A DNA stretch of 59,418 nucleotides from an uncultured Gammaproteobacteria bacterium (GCA_964585225.1 CAZPCZ010000002.1:1-59418), one strand, 5' to 3'. Counted from the stretch's first letter, positions 17,883 to 27,807 are shown. The notes: generated by a model not told the origin, from the letters alone. Made by a program: numbers and translations.

Positions 17883-19493
17883 ATGGTTGCTGTCGAGACG
17901 CCACAGGAATCCTTCCGCAAGCTCTTCACGCACCCCCTGCTGCAGGGGGTGGTGCTCGTCGTGCTCAGCTTTGTCCTCGCGGTGTGGGTCGAGGTACCGA
18001 ATCGCTTCCCAGACCCCGATTCCTTCTACCACGCCGGCATGGCCGAGCTCGCATCCGAGGGTCGCTTCCCGAGCCGATTCCCGTGGCTCGAGCTCACGTC
18101 GCTCCGGGACACCTACGCCGACCTCCACCTCGTCTACCACCTCCTCCTCGTCCCGTTCGTGAAGGCGTTCGACCCGATGCCCGGCATCCGCATCGCGACG
18201 ATCACCGCGTTCGCGCTCCTCGCCATCGCCTTCTTCGTCCTCCTCCGTCGACTCACGGTCCGCGGCGCGTTCCTCTTCACGCTGCTCCTCCTTGGGAGCA
18301 GCGCGTTCGTGTTCCGTTTGAACCTCGCGAAGTCACAGGGGTTCGCGTTCATCGTGCTCTTCCTCGGACTCATCACCCTCCACCGCCGGTCGCGTACCGG
18401 CGTCTTCCTCGCTGCGGTCTTCGCCGCATGGATGTCGAGCCACTGGCCAGTCTACGTGGTCGCCGTTACCACGCTCGCCGCATGCCACGTCTTCGCCACC
18501 GTGCTCGGCGAGCCCGGGTCGTGGCGAACGATCCGACTGAGTCTCATGGAGGGGACGCGGCTCCTCGGGAGCGCGCTCGCCGGTGCGGCTGCTGGACTCG
18601 TCGTCCATCCGTACTTCCCGGGCATCCTCCATGTCGCAAAACAGCAGATTTGGGAGATCGCGCTCGTCGGCGGCGTCGCAGAGGCGAACGTCGGCATCGA
18701 GTGGGGCGCGCTCTCGCTGAGAGAGTTCGCTCGGTCAGTCGGCTTCCTCTTCCCGCTCATCGCGCTCGCGGCGGCCGGGACGCTCTCGACGGTGATCCGA
18801 CTCGTGCGTCGGTCAGAGGTCAATGCCCGCGATGCGGTCGCGCGGGTGCTCACGTTCGGACTCCTCACCACCGCATTCGCAGTGCTCACACTTCGGTCGC
18901 GACGGCACGTCGAGTTCTTCGTTCCGTTCGCCGTGCTCTTCGCTGCCGTTGGCATACAACCGTTCATCAGCTGGCTCTGGCCCCCGCGTGTGCAAGTCGG
19001 CTGGCGGCGACCCGGCGGTACCCGACGCGCGTTCTCCTCCATCATCCTCGTCGTCGCGATCTTGGGTTTCACGGTCGGGAGCTACCGAGCGATCCGTAAC
19101 CAACGACAGTACTTCCTCGACGGATTCCGCGGCGACCACCTCCGCGGCGCGGCGATGTGGGTCCGCGAGCACGTCCCGAAGGGCGAGCTCGTGTTCCACG
19201 GTGACTGGGATGACTTTCCATTCCTGTTCCTCTGGGATCGCGAGCATCGGTACCTCGTCGGGCTCGACCCACGGTTCGCATTCTGGGAGGACCACGATCG
19301 GTTCCGCGCCTGGCAGATGATCGGACGCGGCGATGCCACGGATGCCAGCCGCCGCATCGTCGAGGAATTCGGCGCGACGTACGCAGTCGTCGCGAACCAA
19401 CAGGACAAACTCCAGGCGGTACTCGGTGCCGATCAAGCCGCGACGATAGTGTACTCTGATGCGGACGCAAAAGTGTACGCGCTCCGGCATTGA
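17883..19493 (+). CDS. Multi-pass membrane GT-C fold glycosyltransferase-like protein
   Basis: N-terminal FPDPDSFYH (STT3-like DxxYH), many TM helices, C-terminal soluble WDD-containing domain. Confidence 0.7.
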   Translation: MVAVETPQESFRKLFTHPLLQGVVLVVLSFVLAVWVEVPNRFPDPDSFYHAGMAELASEGRFPSRFPWLELTSLRDTYADLHLVYHLLLVPFVKAFDPMPGIRIATITAFALLAIAFFVLLRRLTVRGAFLFTLLLLGSSAFVFRLNLAKSQGFAFIVLFLGLITLHRRSRTGVFLAAVFAAWMSSHWPVYVVAVTTLAACHVFATVLGEPGSWRTIRLSLMEGTRLLGSALAGAAAGLVVHPYFPGILHVAKQQIWEIALVGGVAEANVGIEWGALSLREFARSVGFLFPLIALAAAGTLSTVIRLVRRSEVNARDAVARVLTFGLLTTAFAVLTLRSRRHVEFFVPFAVLFAAVGIQPFISWLWPPRVQVGWRRPGGTRRAFSSIILVVAILGFTVGSYRAIRNQRQYFLDGFRGDHLRGAAMWVREHVPKGELVFHGDWDDFPFLFLWDREHRYLVGLDPRFAFWEDHDRFRAWQMIGRGDATDASRRIVEEFGATYAVVANQQDKLQAVLGADQAATIVYSDADAKVYALRH

Positions 19494-19494
19494 A

Positions 19495-19590
19495 ATGGTT
19501 TCATTGTCTCATGGTTTCATTGTTCGATCAACCACGGCACCACGCCCAAAAACAATGAAGCAATGGAACAATGAAGCAATGGAACAATGG
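19495..19590. repeat. Octamer-array inverted-repeat element filling the intergenic space
   Basis: CATGGTTT/CATTGTCT arm versus (AACAATGA AGCAATGG)n arm; the last unit supplies the ATG of the next gene. Confidence 0.85.
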
Positions 19591-20402
19591 TCGTCATCGT
19601 CCTCCCCACCCACAACGAGGCCGCGATCATCCGAGCGAACCTCGAACGCCTCCTCGCGTTCCTGTCCCAGGGTACCGCTCCCACCGATTTCAACGATCGT
19701 GGAAAAGGGTGGGATCGTCCGTCTACCGATCAATGGCGCGTTATCATCGCAGATAACGCCTCGACGGATGCCACACGGGCGATCGTGCGCGAGGTCGCGG
19801 CACGCGAGTCTTCTGTCGAGCTCCTCGAGATTCCCGAAGTCGGAAAAGGCGGCGCGGTGCTCGCAGCGTGGCAGAAAGCCGCTGGTCAAATGTCAAATGT
19901 CAAATGTCAAATGTCGCCGGTGTTCGTTTTCATGGACGCCGACCTGGCGACGGACCTCGCGGCGCTCCCCGCCCTCATCTCCGCCATCCGCAACGGCCCG
20001 CCTTCGCGAAACGCTCCGGCGAGGGAACCTGCCGACATCGCCGTCGGCTCACGCTACCTCCCCGGGAGCCGCACCGAGCGCGGTAGCCTCCGACGGCTCA
20101 CCTCGTGGTGCTACCGCCTACTCCTGCGATTGCTCTTCAGTCTCCACGTTTCTGATCCTCCGTGCGGATTTAAGGCGGTGAACGAGCGGGTGGTGCGGGA
20201 GATCGCGCCGCTCGTACGCGACCGGCAATGGTTTTTCGACACCGAGCTCCTCATCCGCGCGCAGGCAGCGGGCATGCACATCGCGGAGGTCCCGGTGACG
20301 TGGCACGAGCCGCGTCGTGACCGCTCATTCGGAAAGGTCCTCCGCATCACGTGGAGCGACCTTCTGGCGATGTGGCGGCTCCGACGTGAGCTCCGCGCGT
20401 AA
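19587..20402 (+). CDS. GT2 glycosyltransferase (dolichyl-phosphate glucosyltransferase-like) with in-frame inserts
   Basis: VIVLPTHNEA, IIADNASTD, GKGGAV, FMDADLA, VGSRY, DPPCGFKA, WFFDTELL; inserts at 19679-19714, 19885-19915 (GTCAAAT x4), 19997-20027. Confidence 0.9.
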   Translation: MVVIVLPTHNEAAIIRANLERLLAFLSQGTAPTDFNDRGKGWDRPSTDQWRVIIADNASTDATRAIVREVAARESSVELLEIPEVGKGGAVLAAWQKAAGQMSNVKCQMSPVFVFMDADLATDLAALPALISAIRNGPPSRNAPAREPADIAVGSRYLPGSRTERGSLRRLTSWCYRLLLRLLFSLHVSDPPCGFKAVNERVVREIAPLVRDRQWFFDTELLIRAQAAGMHIAEVPVTWHEPRRDRSFGKVLRITWSDLLAMWRLRRELRA

Positions 20403-20440
20403 CCGCCCGCCGCCTTCCTTTCGTACCACCAACCCTCATA

Positions 20441-20476
20441 CCTCCACTATTTCCACGGCCGTGAGTTTAGTGGAGG
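20441..20476. repeat. Hairpin element repeated at 23939-23976
   Basis: CCTCCACTA-tttccacggccgtgagtt-TAGTGGAGG versus CCTCCCCCTA-ttttcacggccgttggtt-TAGGGGGAGG. Confidence 0.75.
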
Positions 20477-20644
20477 CCCGTCGGAAGAAATGATCAAGAC
20501 TGTCTCTGGGGTGACCCGGTGTGAAACGAAAGCGGCCCGCCTAGGGCGGACCGCTCAGCACACAAATCAAGCACCGCCTCCCGCATGGTACGGTTAACGA
20601 CGGGGACCGAAGTCCCCGTCTCTCACGATACCCATGCTCGCGGA

Positions 20645-21109
20645 TCAGCCCGCGGCGGGCGATGCCGGGGCCGGGATCGGCGGCAGCAGCTTCGCGTACC
20701 ACGCGTCCGACTGGCGGATCTCCTCGGCTGCGATGCGGCAGCGCTCGTTGCACGTGATGAGCACGAGGAGGCGCTCGTACACCGCCGACGTGCGTGCCCG
20801 CGCGTGGCCGTTCGCGATGCCGTAGGCGATCACCATCGAGATCGCCGTGATCATGATCGTGGTGATGATGCCCGTACGGAAGGTTGCGACCGTAGCGACG
20901 ACGGCGATGAGCGCGATGATGAACGCGCTCAATCCCGTGAGCGCGGCAGCGACCACCGGCAGCCCGTCGAGGCTCTTGGTGCGCTCTACCAACCCGAAAA
21001 ATTCGCCAATCTCCGCGCGCTCGGGTGGTGTGAGGTCGTCGGTGCGGACGAGGATCATCCGTCCGTGCCCCTCCAGCGGGTGCATCGTCTGGAATCCTTG
21101 GTGAACCAT
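20645..21109 (-). CDS. Hypothetical two-TM membrane protein
   Basis: Start MVHQGFQ after AAGGAAGG; two hydrophobic helices; hairpin at ~20530-20556 downstream. Confidence 0.65.
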   Translation of the reverse strand: MVHQGFQTMHPLEGHGRMILVRTDDLTPPERAEIGEFFGLVERTKSLDGLPVVAAALTGLSAFIIALIAVVATVATFRTGIITTIMITAISMVIAYGIANGHARARTSAVYERLLVLITCNERCRIAAEEIRQSDAWYAKLLPPIPAPASPAAG

Positions 21110-21232
21110 TGATCGCCTTCCTTCCTTGTTGTGGTGAAATGGACTAACGGTAGCATCGCATGTCACGAGGAGCGTGTCAAGCTGCGGTTGCGAGAGTACG
21201 ATCGTGCAGCCGTGTGAGATCCTTCTCCGCCA

Positions 21233-23821
21233 ATGGCGGATCAGGACGAACGGAAGACCATGCGCGTCACCATCGTCATCCCCACGTACAACGAACGCGA
21301 GAATCTGCGACCGCTCATCGAGCGGATCGCGGCATTGCCCACTCCGTACGACGTCCTCATTGTCGACGATAACTCTCCGGATGGTACCGGTGATCTTGCA
21401 GAGGAGCTCGCGCGTCACCCCCTCCCGCTCCCCCTCAAAACGAGGGGGAGGGTCCGCGTCCTTCGCCGTGAGCGCAAAGAGGGCCTCGGGGCCGCGTACG
21501 TCGCGGGATTCCATGAGGCGTTGACGCAGGGGGCGGAGGTCATCGTCCAGATGGATGCGGACGGCTCACATGATCCGAGCGAGCTCCTGGGGATGATCGA
21601 GGCGCTCTCCACGAGAACGAAGACGAATCCACGAATGGACACGAATCTACGAAATATTCGTGACATTGGTGTTCATTCGCGAATTCGTGCTCCCGTGGAT
21701 CTCGTCATTGGTTCTCGCCGCGTCCCCGGCGGGCGCATCGTCGGTTGGGGCCTGCACCGCCGCCTCGCGAGCTGGATGGCGCAAGTCCTCGCCCGCGTCC
21801 TGCTCGGCTTCCGCGCCCGCGATATCACGAGCGGGTTCCGGGTGTGGCGCGCAGCGGCGCTCCGAGTGGCGCTCGACTACCCTCCCCCTCAACTCCCTCT
21901 CCCGAGGGGAGAGGGAGAAAAGAGAAGAGAACATCTCGCATCTGGCTATGCGTTCCAAGAGGAACTCCTCTACCGGGCAGAGCAGCTCGGGCTCCGCGTT
22001 GCCGAGCACCCGATCACCTTCCGCGACCGCGAGCGCGGTCGCTCGAAACTTGGGATCCGTGACATCCTCGGGTTCTTCCGATCGCTCGCGCGCCTGTGGT
22101 GGTCCGATCGCGAGCGCCGCTTCGCGGTGTGGCTCGGCGTGAGTCTTGTAGTCCTCACGAGCCTCCCGTACCTCTACGGCTGGCTCCGCACGCCACCCGG
22201 CCACGTGTACACCGGCGTCCACGCGCTCGCGTCCGGCGACATGGCCGTGTACGGCTCGTACATCGAGCAGGTCCGCGATGGTCGGTGGCTGTTCGTGGAT
22301 CTCTTCACCTCCGAATGGCCGCAGCGCGGACTCCTCAATATCTTCTGGCTCCCGGTTGGCCTCCTCGCGCGCGTCGCCCACCTCCCGACCATCCTCACCT
22401 TCCATCTCGCACGCGTGCTCCTCATCATCCCGTTCGTGCTGTTCCTCGCCCGGTTCGTCGCTGCGTTTCTCCGCACGCCGATCGCGGGGTTCCCGCTCCG
22501 TACCGTGCACCGGATTGCACTCCTCTTCCTCGCGTTCTCCTCGGGCCTCGGCCCGCTCGTCGCAAACGCGATTCTGCCGCTCTCGAACGCACGCTGGCGC
22601 ACCGGCTATGACTTCTGGCCCATGGACCTCTGGGTACCGGAGTCCAACACGTTCCTCACGCTCTTCCAATCCCCTCACTTCATTGCGTCACTCTGGCTCC
22701 TCCTCGCGATCATCCTCGCAACTCTACGTTTTGCCGAGCAGAGACAAGCGGGGTCGGCACATGATACGAGATCCTTCGCTTCACTCAGGATGACACAGCG
22801 GTGGGGTCGCTCCATCTTCGCTGGTATCGCCGCGCTCGCACTTTTCCAATTCCACCCATTCTACGTCCCAACCGTCGCGGTGCTGCTCGCCGCGTGGACA
22901 GTCGTCGAGTCGATCGTCGCTCGTCGCGTTCGCTGGGACCTCGTCGGCCACGGCGCAATCGTCGGCATCCTCAGCGCCCCGTCCGTGCTCTCCCACCTCT
23001 GGCTCGTCCAGACGGATCCGATCACGAGCGCGCGCGCGAGCCAGAACCTCCTCTTCACGACCGACTGGTGGCTCGTCGCGCTGAGCTACGGCTTCCTCGT
23101 CCCGCTCGCTGCAATCGGAATCGCACGGCTCTTTCGTGGACGAACGATCGAGGGACGGCTGCTCCTTGTCTGGCTCGTCGCGACCATCGTCCTCATGTAC
23201 TCCCCGCTCACCTGGCAACGCCGGCTCGTCGAGGGGCTCCACGTCGTCGTCGTACTCATCGCAATCCTCGGGCTCTTCCCGTTCCTCGCGTGGCTGCGAG
23301 CGCGCGCCCCAAAATGGGTCCATCGGTACGCATGGGGCGTTACCACCGCGACCATCATCGCCATCCCGCTCTTCGGCGTCTCCACCGTCGTGAACCTCGT
23401 GCGGGATGTCGTCCTCTACACGATCCGATTCCCGCAGTCGATCCCGCGTCACTCGTTCTACTACCCCAGCGATGCGCTCGATGCGATGCGCTGGATCCGG
23501 GGACACGCGCCGCTCGGCGAAGCGACGTTCGCGGTCGGCATTGATGGGCATTTCCTTCCAATGTTCGCCGCGCGACAGACCGTCCTCGGGCATGGCGTCG
23601 AGACCGCGCACTTCGTCGAGAAGTACGAAACGAGCTACGCGCTCTCGCTCGGGCGACTCTCCCCAACCGAGGCACGCGCATTCCTCGAACGCGAGCGCGC
23701 ACGTTTCATCCTCGTCACGGATGCGAGCCGCGGCCTCTGGACCATTGATCCCGCCTCGCTCCCCGGCGCGACACTCGCGTACCGGAACGGCGGGGCGGAG
23801 ATGTATGAGTTGAGGCCGTAG
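21233..23821 (+). CDS. Fusion of GT2 polyprenol-phosphate mannosyltransferase-like domain and multi-pass GT-C-like membrane domain
   Basis: VIPTYNERENL, VDDNSPDGTG, QMDADGSH, GYAFQEEL, then ~12 TM segments; in-frame inserts at ~21417-21454, 21610-21690, 21880-21916, 22768-22795. Start may be 21260. Confidence 0.85.
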   Translation: MADQDERKTMRVTIVIPTYNERENLRPLIERIAALPTPYDVLIVDDNSPDGTGDLAEELARHPLPLPLKTRGRVRVLRRERKEGLGAAYVAGFHEALTQGAEVIVQMDADGSHDPSELLGMIEALSTRTKTNPRMDTNLRNIRDIGVHSRIRAPVDLVIGSRRVPGGRIVGWGLHRRLASWMAQVLARVLLGFRARDITSGFRVWRAAALRVALDYPPPQLPLPRGEGEKRREHLASGYAFQEELLYRAEQLGLRVAEHPITFRDRERGRSKLGIRDILGFFRSLARLWWSDRERRFAVWLGVSLVVLTSLPYLYGWLRTPPGHVYTGVHALASGDMAVYGSYIEQVRDGRWLFVDLFTSEWPQRGLLNIFWLPVGLLARVAHLPTILTFHLARVLLIIPFVLFLARFVAAFLRTPIAGFPLRTVHRIALLFLAFSSGLGPLVANAILPLSNARWRTGYDFWPMDLWVPESNTFLTLFQSPHFIASLWLLLAIILATLRFAEQRQAGSAHDTRSFASLRMTQRWGRSIFAGIAALALFQFHPFYVPTVAVLLAAWTVVESIVARRVRWDLVGHGAIVGILSAPSVLSHLWLVQTDPITSARASQNLLFTTDWWLVALSYGFLVPLAAIGIARLFRGRTIEGRLLLVWLVATIVLMYSPLTWQRRLVEGLHVVVVLIAILGLFPFLAWLRARAPKWVHRYAWGVTTATIIAIPLFGVSTVVNLVRDVVLYTIRFPQSIPRHSFYYPSDALDAMRWIRGHAPLGEATFAVGIDGHFLPMFAARQTVLGHGVETAHFVEKYETSYALSLGRLSPTEARAFLERERARFILVTDASRGLWTIDPASLPGATLAYRNGGAEMYELRP

Positions 23822-23938
23822 GAGGAGTAGAGGTGTAGAGGAGTAGATGGAGACAGACGCCCCACCAGGTGAACCCGGTGGGGCGTTCCACGTTCCGTAG
23901 TCCGTCAACTCTCGCTCGGCAACCCTCACGAAAGGAAA

Positions 23939-23976
23939 CCTCCCCCTATTTTCACGGCCGTTGGTTTAGGGGGAGG
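23939..23976. repeat. Second copy of the 20441 hairpin element, between convergent genes
   Basis: Same loop core CACGGCCGT; stem differs with pairing retained. Confidence 0.75.
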
Positions 23977-24000
23977 CCTTTTCTATCTTGGTCGTCACCA

Positions 24001-26043
24001 TCATTCCGTGTCGAATTTCACAACCGTATCTCGGAGACCATCAATGACGAGACGGCCGCGTACCGGTTGGCTGGGTTCGAAGTATTGCGAGTCAAGCCCC
24101 CGCGGTAGCCCTTCGACGTGCTCGGCTCGCTCAGAGGGTCCATTGCGCTCGAGGAGCGCAACCCCACCACGCTCGGCAAGCACCCCGAATCGTCCACGCT
24201 CAAGGTTCGCGCGCAGGCGATCGGGTCCGCTGGCAGCATGCGGCGCGGACCAGCGCACCTCCGGGAACTGTACGCCGTACGCGACGGCGTCGCGCTGGTC
24301 GAGGAGGAGGTAGCGCGTGTCATCCGGGAGCTGGTACGGCGCAAACGCGTATTGGTTCACCCCGAGGTACGCGTACGGAAGGGCGTAGACGCCACGTCGT
24401 GCGGCGACGTGCGGGAGTGCGGCGTACCCGACGGCGACCGGAGCGTCCGACGGCACGCGGGCGAGGAGATCATCGTACGCAGCGCGGCGTGCGCGATCCT
24501 CCGATGATGCGCCGTACACGACCACCGACGCGATGCCTGGGAATGGACCGAGCATCCATGCCGCCGCGAGGTACACCGCGATGCCGAGTCCGATTGCAAC
24601 TCGCCGCGGGAGGGGAACGTGATGTGCGAACCAACGGACCGCCGGCGACACATCGCGTGGTGGTTCAAAACGGCCCACGATCGTAGTTTGATTTGAACCA
24701 GCTCCGGCACGCTGCCATGACGTGATCGCGGCAATGCTCGCGAGCGCGAGCGCGGGGAGGAAGAGGAGACCGTAGTGGAGCTCGACGACGACGTTCGAGC
24801 CGCCGGGCTCGCTGAGGAGAATCTGGAAGAGCGGCGGAATTGCCAGCACCAACCAGCGCAGGCGCAGGATCGGAAGGAAAAGGAACGGGAGGAGGAGACC
24901 CAGCACCATGTCGAGGTTCCCAATGCTCGCGAGGTGCCGAACAACATCGATCGGACCTGCGTGCGCGAGCCATCCGTAGTACACCGAAAACTTGTACCCA
25001 CCGCTCGCGCTGTGTGTGCCCGCGATGCGGATGGCGAGGAGGAACCAGGAGAGGCCGAGCACGACCGGCAGTACAATCCAACGCCATGAGGGATCGAAGC
25101 CGGCCTCGTTTGTCGGTAATCCGTTTCGCTGCTCGTATCGTTGTCGTTGAACGGCAACGTCTGGAACCGTTTGACGAAACCGTTGAACGATACGAGCTGC
25201 GACACCGTTCACCGTCGTACGACACCGGAAGATCTCCGCTACCCCGAACATCACGACGATGAGCGCGACGTCCTCCCGAACGGAGAGGGAGAGGAGGAGG
25301 AAGAGGAAAAACCACCAGAACCTCCGCCGCACGTATGCGTATGCAGCGCTGAGGAGAAACAGCGGTGCGAACGCGAGCGCGTGGAACTCGAAGAGCGCGG
25401 CGTTCCAGAGGATGGGGTTGAGGAGCCAGAGGGAGGTGAGGAGGACGGCGGTCGAACACCGAGCTGAGGTCGGGCGCGCTCCCTCGGGAACACTCGCTCG
25501 CCCAGCGTGCTCGCTCGCTCCTATTCCTCCCTCGCTCCCCGCCCAAAGCCCGCTTCGCGGGCATTGTGGCGGGACCATGCCCGCTCGGTCGTCAACGGTC
25601 CCGATGGAACGCATCCCTCTCCGCTCGTCGTTCTCCCTCCTCTGGCTGAAGGTAAGGGAGAGAAGAAGGAAGACCGGAATCGCCGTGAGTCCCAATGCGA
25701 GTGCCTGGAGGATGAGGAGGAGGCGCGGGTCGGACCAAAGGCGAAAGAGCGGGGCGATGAGGAGCAGGATTGGTTCGACGTGATCGCCGAGGTAGGAACC
25801 GCCTTGGATGGAGGAGTACCAGCTGTCGACGGCCCCCAACCCCTCAAGCTTCCCACGCACCCCCTCCAGCTCCCCGAGGGAGGGGGAGAAAGCGAGTTGG
25901 TGGAGGACGTTCGTGTAGATTGCGAGATCCATCCCTCCGTAGCGGTAGTGGCTGTACTTCCAGAATCCAACCGCGGAGACCGCGATGGTGAAGGCGAGGA
26001 TGAGCGCCGCGAGCCACGCAGTCGCCCGTAGGTTCTGGCGCAT
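24001..26043 (-). CDS. DUF2079-like membrane protein (GT-C-like) with at least five in-frame inserts
   Basis: MDLAIYTNVL, LGDHVEPIL, FEFHALAF, SVREDVAL, ELHYG motifs interrupted by low-complexity palindromic peptides. Confidence 0.8.
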   Translation of the reverse strand: MRQNLRATAWLAALILAFTIAVSAVGFWKYSHYRYGGMDLAIYTNVLHQLAFSPSLGELEGVRGKLEGLGAVDSWYSSIQGGSYLGDHVEPILLLIAPLFRLWSDPRLLLILQALALGLTAIPVFLLLSLTFSQRRENDERRGMRSIGTVDDRAGMVPPQCPRSGLWAGSEGGIGASEHAGRASVPEGARPTSARCSTAVLLTSLWLLNPILWNAALFEFHALAFAPLFLLSAAYAYVRRRFWWFFLFLLLSLSVREDVALIVVMFGVAEIFRCRTTVNGVAARIVQRFRQTVPDVAVQRQRYEQRNGLPTNEAGFDPSWRWIVLPVVLGLSWFLLAIRIAGTHSASGGYKFSVYYGWLAHAGPIDVVRHLASIGNLDMVLGLLLPFLFLPILRLRWLVLAIPPLFQILLSEPGGSNVVVELHYGLLFLPALALASIAAITSWQRAGAGSNQTTIVGRFEPPRDVSPAVRWFAHHVPLPRRVAIGLGIAVYLAAAWMLGPFPGIASVVVYGASSEDRARRAAYDDLLARVPSDAPVAVGYAALPHVAARRGVYALPYAYLGVNQYAFAPYQLPDDTRYLLLDQRDAVAYGVQFPEVRWSAPHAASGPDRLRANLERGRFGVLAERGGVALLERNGPSERAEHVEGLPRGLDSQYFEPSQPVRGRLVIDGLRDTVVKFDTE

Positions 26044-26168
26044 ATAGCTCCATCATCCCACCTCTCCCACTCCTACTCCTCCTCTCCCCCCAGCGGAGAG
26101 GAGGAGGGATGATTGGTCGAAATATTTACTCGTTGGCTCTCTTTAGAGCCAAATATTGTCAGAATGGC

Positions 26169-26197
26169 TTGACAGTTCCTGGATTCCCTGCTATGGT
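26169..26197 (+). promoter_or_regulatory. sigma70-like promoter
   Basis: TTGACA-17-TATGGT with TGC extension. Confidence 0.7.
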
Positions 26198-26300
26198 GAT
26201 GGGTTCGAGAAATCGCGGAAGTACCGCGAAATCTCGGCTTTCCCAACCGAACACGTTTCCCCGTCGGCGAGCAGCCACGGGCCAACATCAGGAGGACACC

Positions 26301-26729
26301 ATGGTCAATGAGGAATTCTGCGGCGAAATGGAACGCCGCAACGGTCGGCCCGAGGCGTCGGGCAGGATCGGCTGGTTCCTGGCCGCGGTCCCCGTGGCCT
26401 GGGCCTTCCGGCTCGCGATCGTCGCGCTGATCGGCGCTGGCTGTGCCCACACGGGCATCAGCCGGAGCGACGACTGTGGGAGCTTCAGCTCCACGGTCGT
26501 CGGCGTGCCGCCGTTCTACACGCCGGCCGGGCAGTACGCGACGTACGCCCAGGCGTGCGGGAACGAACGGTTCTCGCGCGTCATCGCGGCGCAGCGGCTG
26601 GCGGTCGTCGCCGGTGCACGCGCCGCGGTGGGCGGTGGTCGCGACGAGCTCGCGCGTAAGGAGATCGCGCGGACGCAGCGCGACCTCGGCCAGCTCGCGG
26701 CCACTGTCGCGGAAGGAGGTGCCCGATGA
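26301..26729 (+). CDS. Putative lipoprotein
   Basis: SD CAGGAGG; lipobox-like LIGAG-C. Confidence 0.65.
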   Translation: MVNEEFCGEMERRNGRPEASGRIGWFLAAVPVAWAFRLAIVALIGAGCAHTGISRSDDCGSFSSTVVGVPPFYTPAGQYATYAQACGNERFSRVIAAQRLAVVAGARAAVGGGRDELARKEIARTQRDLGQLAATVAEGGAR

Positions 26730-27307
26730 CGCGGCGCACGATGGACGGGATTGCCGCGGGCCGTTTCGCGGCCCTCGCAATGACGATGGCGGCGGGCTGC
26801 GCCTCCACGGGCGGCCTCGAGCGGCGCGTGGCGCAGCTCGAAGCCGAGCTCAAGGCGGCGCGGGCGACCCCCGCAACGGCGCGACCGATCACCGCCGACG
26901 AGGCGGTGGCGACGGGCGACGCGATCGCAGCGGCGAGCCCGCCGACGTACGTCGTGTTCGTAGACGAGCGCCCGAGCCACTGCCGGGGGGCGCTCTGCCT
27001 CGAGATCGCGAATAGGCACCCGAACCCGGCGCTGCTCTGGATCAACGGGCAGCCGGCAAGGGTGGTCGGTCCCATGGGAGAACTCCTCCCGCCCGGAGCC
27101 CACGGATTCGTGCGTCTCACGAACCCGGGCGAGATCACGGTGTCGTACGCCCTGTACGACACGATCTCGTTCGGCGACGCGGCGCAGGGAGTGCCAATCG
27201 CGACGGCGCTCGCGCGCTGTCGGATCCGCACGCACGTCGGTGGCGCGTACGGCGCGGAGCGCGGGGGGAAGAAGATCAACCTCACCCCGTGGTTCTGCGA
27301 CGGGTAA
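26726..27307 (+). CDS. Putative lipoprotein
   Basis: ATGA overlap, SD AGGAGG, MAAG-C lipobox, short coiled coil, beta-rich C-terminus. Confidence 0.7.
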   Translation: MTRRTMDGIAAGRFAALAMTMAAGCASTGGLERRVAQLEAELKAARATPATARPITADEAVATGDAIAAASPPTYVVFVDERPSHCRGALCLEIANRHPNPALLWINGQPARVVGPMGELLPPGAHGFVRLTNPGEITVSYALYDTISFGDAAQGVPIATALARCRIRTHVGGAYGAERGGKKINLTPWFCDG

Positions 27308-27323
27308 CGAGGCTCGACATCAG

Positions 27324-27366
27324 CCGCCCCGTGAGACGAGGAGTCTCACGGGGCGGTTTCCTTTTC
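27324..27366 (+). terminator. Intrinsic terminator
   Basis: CCGCCCCGTGAGAC-gagga-GTCTCACGGGGCGG followed by TTTCCTTTT. Confidence 0.8.
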
Positions 27367-27375
27367 GGCGGTGTG

Positions 27376-27807
27376 TTACCCCAACGGAGTCCCCACGCTG
27401 CTGGCTGACTGGAGGAGCTTCCGGATGACGAACACGCTGATCGCGTACGCACTCAACACGATGGCAATCCCAATGATGGCATTCCGGATGATCTGCTTCG
27501 CCTTCGTGATCTGCTCCTCGTTGCCCATGGCGGTCATCCAGAGGTACCCACCGTAGACGAGCAGCGCGACCATGATGATCCCGAGCAGCGAGAGCGACGC
27601 CCGAATGATGCGCGCGACGACGAACTCGAGCTCTCCCTCCTGCTGTCCTGCACCGGCAGCGTTCGACGCTTCGAGGAATTGATTGCCGATTTCCGCCTCA
27701 ATGCTCTGCGCGACCGCTACGATCGGGACGAACGCAATCGCGACGAGCACCGCTCCGGCGGCGACCCGTTCGGCGCACCGACGCCATCGGAGGCTGGGGA
27801 CGCGCAT
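27376..27807 (-). CDS. CPR-type pilin (TrbC/VirB2-like)
   Basis: Signal peptide plus YGGYLWMTAMGNEEQITKAKQIIRNAIIG. Confidence 0.85.
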   Translation of the reverse strand: MRVPSLRWRRCAERVAAGAVLVAIAFVPIVAVAQSIEAEIGNQFLEASNAAGAGQQEGELEFVVARIIRASLSLLGIIMVALLVYGGYLWMTAMGNEEQITKAKQIIRNAIIGIAIVLSAYAISVFVIRKLLQSASSVGTPLG

